From Desulfomonilia bacterium (GTDB lineage Bacteria > Desulfobacterota > Desulfomonilia > UBA1062): 64,000 nucleotides of DNA. Of the stretch, positions 56,411 to 64,000 are shown in pieces (the stretch's first letter is position 1; every line of letters begins with the position of its first letter). The position numbers and the translations under genes are program-made. The stretch covers positions 24,006 through 88,005 of the forward strand of contig JBEKDT010000020.1 in assembly GCA_050014195.1 (NCBI GenBank), written 5' to 3'. The notes beneath the pieces were generated by a model. The model worked only from the letters and a program-made list of their open reading frames with translations, did not search any database and was not told the origin of the DNA.

Positions 56411-57715
56411 CTACTTGCACAACGCGGTAAAACCACCTAAAGAAAATTGATTGCTGTCGATGTTGGTGCCACACTTATAATCCATATGGCTTAATTGCAC
56501 AGTTGCGTGTTTGGAACGCTCATCAACAATTATCTGTAACGGCATAGAAATCCAGTTGACAGTTTTTGTCTCGTCTTGACCCATTCCCCATCCAAACCAG
56601 AGTGTTTTCCAGTATTTCCCAGTTCTGTCATAAATGATCTTCCAATATGCGACATTGGTCTCCTTATCAACATATATAATCTGCCTGCCATAATTATAGT
56701 ACGTATCTTTTGGGATGCCTTCGATTATCCACACAGGCCGCTTTGTCCAAATCAGGCTGTCAACATGCCATGGCGCAGCCGAATATCCCGGTTGCCCTTT
56801 CTTCTCATAGCTCCATACCAGGAGGTCTTTATTCTTATAATCAAATACCCATTCGCCGTTTTTATTCTGATTTACCCGAACGGGTTGTGACCCTATAAAC
56901 CCCCCGATGACCTCTCCTTCACCGATGAACTTCCATTTGAAATTATCTATAGCGCCGTCATATCCGCCATAGGCTCCATCATCCCTCGCAAAGTCCGACC
57001 CGAACAATGCATCAGAACGGCCTGCCGGGGTCATTTGTCTTACTCTTCGGATTGCTGGAACATATCCGAAAAGCATATCATTCTTTTCCGTTCGATAACG
57101 CCAGGTCATCATTGCTGTGCCGGCCATGTCATAAGGACTCGTAACGACTATCTGATTTTCTGCTTCCAGATTGTCAGGATTGGACCATGCCTTTGCCGGC
57201 TCATACCCATCAAAAGGTTTGCTGTACCAGTCAGCATAAATTGACCTTTCATAACCGGTTTTCCGTCCTATAAACTTAACATCCATTTTGGTCTTCAGCG
57301 GTCCATTTACATCTCTTATATAGAGGGTATTCCACATAATTTTATCAGGACCATCCGGATCAGTAATTTTTACCCCAGGGAAAGGTATTCCTTTAATGAA
57401 CTTGGGGGATTTTCCCGTTGATGCTTCAACAATGGCTTTCTTTGAAGTCAATTTATATTTCCCGATATTCTCCTTCATAGATTCCAGGACCCATGAAGGC
57501 TGCACTTTCCCGGGATCATAATCGAGTTTGCCGTATTTGACGACCATCTCACCCGTCTCTACCCATTTCAGGGCACTATCAGGCATAATACCTTTCAGTA
57601 CTTGCCAATTATCTTTATTGACGCTCTGGGTTTCGGCAGCCGGAGCACTCGATGCATAGATGATCAACATCAATATTATCATGAAAATTGTTTTAAAATG
57701 TCTGTAATTTTTCAT
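56411..57715 (-). CDS. DUF1329-domain periplasmic protein (LolA-like C-terminus)
   Basis: Signal peptide; GIPFP, YVPAIRRVR, FGSDF, YVDKET and YDRTGKYWK. Confidence 0.88.
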   Translation of the reverse strand: MKNYRHFKTIFMIILMLIIYASSAPAAETQSVNKDNWQVLKGIMPDSALKWVETGEMVVKYGKLDYDPGKVQPSWVLESMKENIGKYKLTSKKAIVEASTGKSPKFIKGIPFPGVKITDPDGPDKIMWNTLYIRDVNGPLKTKMDVKFIGRKTGYERSIYADWYSKPFDGYEPAKAWSNPDNLEAENQIVVTSPYDMAGTAMMTWRYRTEKNDMLFGYVPAIRRVRQMTPAGRSDALFGSDFARDDGAYGGYDGAIDNFKWKFIGEGEVIGGFIGSQPVRVNQNKNGEWVFDYKNKDLLVWSYEKKGQPGYSAAPWHVDSLIWTKRPVWIIEGIPKDTYYNYGRQIIYVDKETNVAYWKIIYDRTGKYWKTLWFGWGMGQDETKTVNWISMPLQIIVDERSKHATVQLSHMDYKCGTNIDSNQFSLGGFTALCK

Positions 57716-57749
57716 AATGCGTTCTCCCGTATGAATTTTCTATCTAGTC

Positions 57750-59225
57750 TTAAAAAACAAGACTGGCCTGTAAAGTAACCTGTTGCCGATCCTTCAAAAT
57801 ACCCACACTGACATCTCTATCCCCGGTCATTAAATAATATGACAGCTTGAAAATCCATGGCTGGAATGTCTTCTCAATTGAAGGGATGTACAAAAAGGCA
57901 CCCCGCGGATCCCATATTATTGCCAGTTGTGGTGTAAGGGTACCTGACATATATGTTGTCGATGTGACCAAAGTAAACTTCTGATCATACCGGGGCTGTT
58001 CGATGAATGCTCCTGATGGGTAGCTATTCACCGGAATCTTCATCCTACTGTCATAGTCTTGGTATGATTCTGCAAAATACTGTAAATATAAATTAATCAT
58101 AGAGGTATCATTGATAAGTCTGAACCAGAAATTCTTATCCAGGCCGACCATGTAGCGGAATACATCCTTTTCCGGGACAGACCCTGTTACAAATTTGCCG
58201 TACAATGCAGGTGCATTTATTTGGGGAATGAAGACTGGCTCATCCCAGAAATAGGCAGCCTCTGTCCGGATAATGGCCTCTATATGCGGTTCAAAGAAGC
58301 TCATGCTGGCACCGGATACCTGTTCGGTCTTATAAGTGAGATCCTCAGCCACATTACCCGTGACCGTAGGATCGATCGTCACGACTGGAGCAGGAGTGTC
58401 CACGATAGTCTGAAAATGTGCAAGTGATATATTAAATGTATCATTGACTACGCCTGTTACCCGGGCACCCATACGGCTGTTCTGGAATGTTGCATCGGGA
58501 TCATGCAGCCTCAACGGGACGCTTGAAGGCGGTGATGGATAGGCATAAGGTGTCCCGAGGGGCGCAAAGGGTGCTACTTCTTGACCGTTCCAACCGGGAT
58601 TTAAGAAACCCTCCATGGTAAGCGAAGAAACAGGACCTACTTTGCCGAAATTATAATTCCCCCGGATCATCCAGATAGGTATCCGGCGGTCATCCAGATC
58701 TTCAAAAGTCCCGCCGAAAGTGTTATCAAGAGGGTTGATCCTGTCCAATACCTGAAAAATGTCTGTCTCACCAAATGAAAGGTTCTGTTTTCCGATGCGG
58801 AAAAACCAAGGTCCTTGGCCATAATCAAGATAGCACTCCCAGAGTTTATCTGACTTCGACATATCGTCAATCGCCACTTTATTCGTTTCCCTTAACTGCT
58901 GTAATGCCTCCGGACCATAATCATAAACGCCATCATATAAGAAACGACCTACAATATGAAACTTCAGATCTGGAGTGGTTTCAGATGGTCTTGAAAGCAC
59001 ATCATTCAATTCAATCAGGGCAAGGTTCCGCTGTTGAACAAGATTGCCCTTGGCAATTTCAGGAGAAGTATATCCCTCGGAATCGGATGTACGGACAGAT
59101 ACCCTTGCTTGGATTTCTCCTTTCAGCTCAAGATCATCATTAATGGAATAAGCGTAAACTCTTGCATAGATTATTACAGATGCAATCGAAAAAATTACCA
59201 ACAGACAATATCTTAATACCTTCAT
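57750..59225 (-). CDS. DUF1302-like outer-membrane beta-barrel protein
   Basis: Signal peptide; RIGKQ..FGE.D, DRINPLD, RIPIWM, KDRQQV and C-terminal Phe. Confidence 0.8.
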   Translation of the reverse strand: MKVLRYCLLVIFSIASVIIYARVYAYSINDDLELKGEIQARVSVRTSDSEGYTSPEIAKGNLVQQRNLALIELNDVLSRPSETTPDLKFHIVGRFLYDGVYDYGPEALQQLRETNKVAIDDMSKSDKLWECYLDYGQGPWFFRIGKQNLSFGETDIFQVLDRINPLDNTFGGTFEDLDDRRIPIWMIRGNYNFGKVGPVSSLTMEGFLNPGWNGQEVAPFAPLGTPYAYPSPPSSVPLRLHDPDATFQNSRMGARVTGVVNDTFNISLAHFQTIVDTPAPVVTIDPTVTGNVAEDLTYKTEQVSGASMSFFEPHIEAIIRTEAAYFWDEPVFIPQINAPALYGKFVTGSVPEKDVFRYMVGLDKNFWFRLINDTSMINLYLQYFAESYQDYDSRMKIPVNSYPSGAFIEQPRYDQKFTLVTSTTYMSGTLTPQLAIIWDPRGAFLYIPSIEKTFQPWIFKLSYYLMTGDRDVSVGILKDRQQVTLQASLVF

Positions 59226-59294
59226 ATAGCCCCCCTTTTCCTCTTGTAAGTTCCTCTGTATTTTTAATCCTGCAACTTTTGAATCCCTGATGAA

Positions 59295-61658
59295 TCATTC
59301 AAGGGGTATCATTCCCCTATTAGCTTTCGGTTTGAAGATTGTTACCAAGACTGGTATCAATATGAGGGCATTGATCATGTTGAGGAGCATTAAAATCGTG
59401 AGGAGTAGCCCCATCTCTGATTGGAATTTCATATTTACGAATATCATGAAGAAAACTCCTGCCAGCATGGTAGATTCCGTGAAAACAATGGTTTTTCCTG
59501 TCGTATCCATAGCTCTCCTGTTCGCAACTGTATAATCTCCCGTGCCGGCGTACTCTTTATTAATTCTGGCAAGCAGGTAGATACCGTAATTGATGCCGAT
59601 GCCCACAGCAATCGCAGCCACAGGAAGTGAATTAATATTCACATCAATGCCGTAAATAAGCATGAACACCTCTGTGATGATCTGGGACACGGCAAGGGGA
59701 ATAATAAGAATAAGCCCGCTTTTAAAGGACTTGAATGTTATGGTGCAAAGCAGAAAACATGCGAGGAAAACAACGATGAGAGATACCCAGTACGAATATT
59801 CCACTTCTGCATTCACAGCATAGAGGATGCCCAGAAGACCGCCAGCAAGCCGGTATCTCACCTTATCAGATTTGTGGTTTCTAATGTATTCGCTGGCCTT
59901 TGCAATGCATTTCTTGATAAGATCGCTGTTATAGGACTTATAAAAGCAGGTGATGGTCGCATTCGTCCAACTGTAATCCACATAGGCATCCATCTCACCG
60001 GGAGATGCATTGTTCCTGATTATGTAGCCTATCTGGGCGAGGTCTCTATCTTTTTTAGGGATCATCTCCCACTTGGGATTTCCTTCATGAAATGTTCGGT
60101 AGACCCGTTTTATCATGTTATTGAAGGTTAACGTTCCTCCTGCCCCACCCTCAGTCTCCATGTAATTTTGAAAGTCTTCCATTGACTTCAATGTGTTGTA
60201 ATTCTTGATCGCACCAGGCTCTTTCCCTTCGGCGATAATAATGAGCTGGGTGGCACCCACGAAGTTCTTGTTAAAGAAACGGAAAGACTCATTATACGTA
60301 TGCTGAGGAAACAGGATCGCAGAGCCGGCTTCGGTATCGCCGATCTTAAGACTTCGCGTATAAATACCGCCAGCAACCAAGATAATTGCCACGATGCCTA
60401 CTATGACCCAACGGCTCTTGCCTTCAGATGGCTTCACCAGAATCTGGGAAACCTTGCTGTAAATCTGGCCGCGCGTTTGTCGCTCTATTTTCGCTGCCGC
60501 CGGGGGTTTTAAGAAAGAAAGGAGGATCGGATTCAATGTCGGTACGGTGATCAAGATGGTCATTACCCAAAAGGAGGAGAAGAACCCCAAATGACGCATG
60601 ATCGGTATCGTCGCAACGGATATCAGCAGAAGACCTATCGCATCGGTTAAGGTGGACAAAGCAGCCGGAGGAATCATTTCTCCGTATCCACGGATAAGAG
60701 CTTCCTTTCTGTCTCCAATTCTTAAGTACTCTTCGTAGTATCTGGACATGCACTGAACCGAGTGGCTCATGAGACGTGCAGATATGATGAGAGGAACCAC
60801 CAGGATGAGCGGATCCAGCGAATAGCCCAACATCTTTGCAAAACCCAGTCCCCATATCGCACTTATAAATGCAGAAAAGAAGGGAATGAATATCCCCTGA
60901 AGGGTGCGGAAATAATAGAAGAGGAGAATAAGGAGAACACACAATGTCACAACCAGCATTTTCTCAATTTGAGGAGCCAGGCTGTAGATGTACGCGTAAA
61001 GGGCGGGATACCCAGTTATATATATGTTGTGATCTTTATCAGTCTCTTCCTTTTTTATCTTCTCAATCTGTTTGTACACCTTAGCCGGATCCCAGCCTTC
61101 TTCCCAGAATCCTGCATAGATCGCTGCGGACTTGTCATCGGGAGAGACATAAAAACCCCTTATTCCTTCATTGCTGTAAATTGAGCGTTTGAATTCTTGT
61201 AGACCGGATTCGCTTCTTTCGATTCCAGGATGCAGTAGTGGTTTTAAAATTATTCCCATCCCGGTCACTTCAACATTTTTAATCTTAGGATGGGTGATGG
61301 AGGCCAGCTGTGCCGGATTACACCCCTCTACCTCCAGCATGCCCTGCGTAATCCGGTTAATCTTATCGATTGTCTTCCAGTTATAAATATCCCCCTTCTT
61401 GACCTCCACAGCAAGAACCATGACATTGGCGCTGCCGAACATGCTCCGGTATTGGTTATAGAGTTTTATATAGGGGTGGCGGGGAGGGTAAAATGATATG
61501 AAATCAGTAGCAACTTTCAAGTGCCAGGCGTAATAACCGAACACCGCAGTACAAGCAAAGATCAAGATGAGCGCCGGGCCTCTGAATCTTAGAATGAATG
61601 CCACATAGCGTTCTTGCAATGTCATTTTCTTATCATTGTTGAGAAAATCATTGTTCAT
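59295..61658 (-). CDS. RND/MMPL-family transporter
   Basis: Two repeats of TM plus periplasmic domain plus TM cluster; AVGIGINYGIY and TTGKTI. Confidence 0.9.
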   Translation of the reverse strand: MNNDFLNNDKKMTLQERYVAFILRFRGPALILIFACTAVFGYYAWHLKVATDFISFYPPRHPYIKLYNQYRSMFGSANVMVLAVEVKKGDIYNWKTIDKINRITQGMLEVEGCNPAQLASITHPKIKNVEVTGMGIILKPLLHPGIERSESGLQEFKRSIYSNEGIRGFYVSPDDKSAAIYAGFWEEGWDPAKVYKQIEKIKKEETDKDHNIYITGYPALYAYIYSLAPQIEKMLVVTLCVLLILLFYYFRTLQGIFIPFFSAFISAIWGLGFAKMLGYSLDPLILVVPLIISARLMSHSVQCMSRYYEEYLRIGDRKEALIRGYGEMIPPAALSTLTDAIGLLLISVATIPIMRHLGFFSSFWVMTILITVPTLNPILLSFLKPPAAAKIERQTRGQIYSKVSQILVKPSEGKSRWVIVGIVAIILVAGGIYTRSLKIGDTEAGSAILFPQHTYNESFRFFNKNFVGATQLIIIAEGKEPGAIKNYNTLKSMEDFQNYMETEGGAGGTLTFNNMIKRVYRTFHEGNPKWEMIPKKDRDLAQIGYIIRNNASPGEMDAYVDYSWTNATITCFYKSYNSDLIKKCIAKASEYIRNHKSDKVRYRLAGGLLGILYAVNAEVEYSYWVSLIVVFLACFLLCTITFKSFKSGLILIIPLAVSQIITEVFMLIYGIDVNINSLPVAAIAVGIGINYGIYLLARINKEYAGTGDYTVANRRAMDTTGKTIVFTESTMLAGVFFMIFVNMKFQSEMGLLLTILMLLNMINALILIPVLVTIFKPKANRGMIPLE

Positions 61659-61670
61659 CTGAATACTCCA

Positions 61671-62636
61671 TCACCAAGATATTTCTTGACCTTTCAGCTT
61701 GAATGTGAGTCCGTGTGCCCCTGAAACAAAGCCGCTTGTCGAGCCGGTTGTGGGAGATATTTTAACGTTGCATAACCAGAACAGCTGGATCTGCAGAGGG
61801 ACGTTCAATACTTTCCAGGTTTTCCCGGCATCACTAGTCATCAGAACAGTACCGCGGTCTCCTACGGCATATCCCCTATCACCTTGCAGGTCGATCCCAT
61901 ATATGGATTGCTTTGAAGGACTATCCGAACGGGTCCAGGTTTTGCCGTCATCACGTGAATAGACGATACCCCCCTCCAGACCCCCTGCGATGAATTTTCC
62001 ATCATGCTCGCTCAGACAGAACAGACTTTGCTCAGCTATTGAAGGAACCTTTATCCAGGTTTGGCCCTGGTCGGTTGATCTGAATATGCGACCATATTCC
62101 CCAACTATGACTCCACATGTTTTCGTCATCCTGACCGAATAAAGCACCACATCTTCTGAAAGGTGCACATCTTTCCAATTCTGCCCGCCATCATCGGTGA
62201 CAACGATTGCTCCCCAATCACCAACTGCACAGCCATGGATAGGATCAGAAAAATATATGCTGAAGAGATCTTTATCCGTACCGCTCTTTTGCTTTACCCA
62301 AGTATTTCCGCCATCTTTTGTGTGGAGGATGATTCCTGACCTGCTGGAAATCCATCCATTTTTACTGTCAGGGAAGCTTACAGAAAACAACCGCTCTGAT
62401 GTTCCACTCGGGATCTTCATCCAAGTTTGGCTATCATCCTTGGATAAGAATATTTGTCCTCTGTCGCCAACAAGAATGTTTTGTTTTTCAGCTATAAAAG
62501 CAGAATCAAATATGTTGTCTCGGATTTCTTTCGATTCCAGATATTTCTGCTTTTCTCCTGCATGAATCTGTCCGCATATGAGTATCATAAAAATTGATAT
62601 CAGAGATAACTTCTCAATAAATCTGATCTTTCTCAT
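61671..62636 (-). CDS. YCF48-like BNR-repeat beta-propeller protein
   Basis: Repeated VG..G.I..T.DGG.TW units; signal peptide. Confidence 0.9.
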   Translation of the reverse strand: MRKIRFIEKLSLISIFMILICGQIHAGEKQKYLESKEIRDNIFDSAFIAEKQNILVGDRGQIFLSKDDSQTWMKIPSGTSERLFSVSFPDSKNGWISSRSGIILHTKDGGNTWVKQKSGTDKDLFSIYFSDPIHGCAVGDWGAIVVTDDGGQNWKDVHLSEDVVLYSVRMTKTCGVIVGEYGRIFRSTDQGQTWIKVPSIAEQSLFCLSEHDGKFIAGGLEGGIVYSRDDGKTWTRSDSPSKQSIYGIDLQGDRGYAVGDRGTVLMTSDAGKTWKVLNVPLQIQLFWLCNVKISPTTGSTSGFVSGAHGLTFKLKGQEISW

Positions 62637-63499
62637 GGTACATCTACTCCATAGAGTTTTTCCAGATTCGAATAATATGAAACACCCAGGAAGTTATTGA
62701 GTTCAATGAAGGTTGTGATCATATCCTTGAAGTCTCTTTGTTTACCGGTCTCTTTGAGTCTCTTTAACTCCTCAATACATCCCGCGAGCGCCCCGACGAG
62801 ACATACGCCGGGGTAGAGCGCAACGGAATACCCCATCTCTTTCATTTCCTGCGCAGAAAAATTTGGTGTCTTCGGGGCTAGATTGAGAATGAGAGGTCTT
62901 GACTTAAGCATCCCCGGTATTCTTGCAACCTGTTCCCGGTCAACAGGTGCTTCAATGAAAAGGATATCAGCCCCTGCCTCTGCAAATCTGTGTCCCCGCT
63001 CGACAGCCTGATCAAACCCCTCGATCGCCAGTACATCCGTCCTTGCTATGATGAGAAATTTTTCATCCTGACGGGCATCAACCGCTGCCTTGATTTTTCC
63101 AACCATCTCGGCCGCATCGATTACTCTCTTCCCCTCCATGTGACCGCATTTCTTCGGCCACACCTGATCCTCAATGTGGATAGCAGCCACACCGGCCTTT
63201 TCATATTCCTTCACGGTCCTGACTACATTGATGGGGTTCCCATATCCGGTATCTGCATCGGCAATGAGAGGAATCTTAACCGCAGCAGCAATTCTTGTTG
63301 CATTCTCAACCATTTCAGTCATGGTCAGAAGGCCGACATCGGGATAAGCAAAGTGAGAAGCCGAAGTTCCGTATCCGGTCATGTAGACTGCATTGAACGT
63401 GTAACTTTCAACAATCCTTGCACCCAAGGCATCGTAAACACCCGGGGCCTGGACAAATTCACCCCGTTCTATCATTTCTTTCAACTTCCCTCTCACCAT
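62633..63499 (-). CDS. Isocitrate lyase/PEP mutase family C-C lyase (PrpB/Dml-like)
   Basis: PGVYD, YMTGYG, DADTGYG, IEDQ..PKKCGH, IARTD and FIEAP. Confidence 0.92.
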   Translation of the reverse strand: MVRGKLKEMIERGEFVQAPGVYDALGARIVESYTFNAVYMTGYGTSASHFAYPDVGLLTMTEMVENATRIAAAVKIPLIADADTGYGNPINVVRTVKEYEKAGVAAIHIEDQVWPKKCGHMEGKRVIDAAEMVGKIKAAVDARQDEKFLIIARTDVLAIEGFDQAVERGHRFAEAGADILFIEAPVDREQVARIPGMLKSRPLILNLAPKTPNFSAQEMKEMGYSVALYPGVCLVGALAGCIEELKRLKETGKQRDFKDMITTFIELNNFLGVSYYSNLEKLYGVDVP

Positions 63500-63537
63500 A
63501 TTTTATCCCTTTCCCAAAAAGTTTGACACCACCCTTC

Positions 63538-63578
63538 AAGTATACCGTTGGTATACTTTAAAGCCTTTTATCTGTCAA
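63538..63578 (-). promoter_or_regulatory. sigma70 promoter with overlapping operator
   Basis: TTGACA (63578-63573)-17bp-TATACC (63555-63550); AAGTATAC-CGTTG-GTATACTT at 63538-63558. Confidence 0.8.
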
Positions 63579-63860
63579 CAACAATTTATCAAGGTATCAT
63601 ATATTCTTTTATCATATTGTATTAACTATATTATTGTTGTTTATTACCGTCTTGAATATACTTTTCAAGTATACTTTGGGTGTTAATTAATTGCTGGGAA
63701 GGCCTCCCCCCATTGATAATCAGCTCGATTTGAAATAAGGATCAGTATGTTTTACCTTGCACTGAATAAAGGGAATATTGATCCAGCCTGCCATCAGGAA
63801 GAATCCGGAGAGAGATCTTTTTTCATAGTGGGTACTGAAACGGAAGTTGACCTGTTGTGA

Positions 63861-63998
63861 TTAACTCTCTTCGCTCAGCTTCAAGATCCTCTCATAATCG
63901 TGGCTGACCTTGGCCTGTATCTGCTCGATCTCCTTGTCGGTGAGGTGTCTGAACCTGCCCTGTCCGTTTAAGTATTCCGAGACCGGTATAAGCTTCTT
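63861..63998 (-). CDS. 3' end of a pyruvate/2-oxoacid:ferredoxin oxidoreductase beta subunit (partial)
   Basis: KKLIPVSEYLNGQGRFRHL...EQIQ..V matches the PorB C-terminal pattern. Confidence 0.75.
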   Translation of the reverse strand, partial: KKLIPVSEYLNGQGRFRHLTDKEIEQIQAKVSHDYERILKLSEES

Positions 63999-64000
63999 TT

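Noticed and set aside
53370-63499. Standard 2-methylcitrate cycle or nicotinate fermentation
   Set aside because: No PrpC/AcnD, methyleneglutarate mutase, nicotinate hydroxylase or enamidase in the window; cannot be excluded elsewhere in the genome
1-64000. CRISPR arrays, tRNA/rRNA genes, transposases, prophage genes
   Set aside because: No repeat-spacer periodicity or recognisable motifs seen by eye

Overview
Gene-dense chromosomal window from what looks like an anaerobic deltaproteobacterium (Desulfobacterota-like; inferred from AOR/MoaD/MoeB, FmdE, DUF1302/DUF1329 and a POR beta-subunit fragment). Layout: (1) 1-9.9 kb mixed accessory genes, including a HAD plus FAM151/DUF2181-like fusion; (2) 9.88-11.96 kb a decaying integron cassette array without an integrase (CALIN: four cassettes, four attC sites or remnants); (3) polar amino acid ABC genes, pgm, a NemR-like TetR with a molybdopterin oxidoreductase and FmdE, an RRM protein and an aor-moaD-moeB cluster; (4) 25.7-36.4 kb a full phosphate locus (CYTH, phoB/phoR, DUF47, two tandem pit genes, pstSCAB-phoU) with four 11-bp-periodic Pho-box-like arrays; (5) 36.6-63.5 kb a roughly 27-kb catabolic island, the best candidate for an undescribed system. 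The island combines an AttM-like lactonase, a fusion of non-acylating ALDH with Fe-ADH, PrpF/Mii, PrpD, a racemase, a LeuCD-type hydratase, an ICL-family lyase, FadD, an OYE, a divergent nitroreductase-like protein and a YCF48/RND/DUF1302/DUF1329 envelope module. Its transcription units share a GTATAC-N5-GTATAC palindrome that overlaps the -10 box of three near-consensus sigma70 promoters. All functional calls come from motif recognition by eye; no database searches were run. No rRNA, tRNA or CRISPR array was seen.
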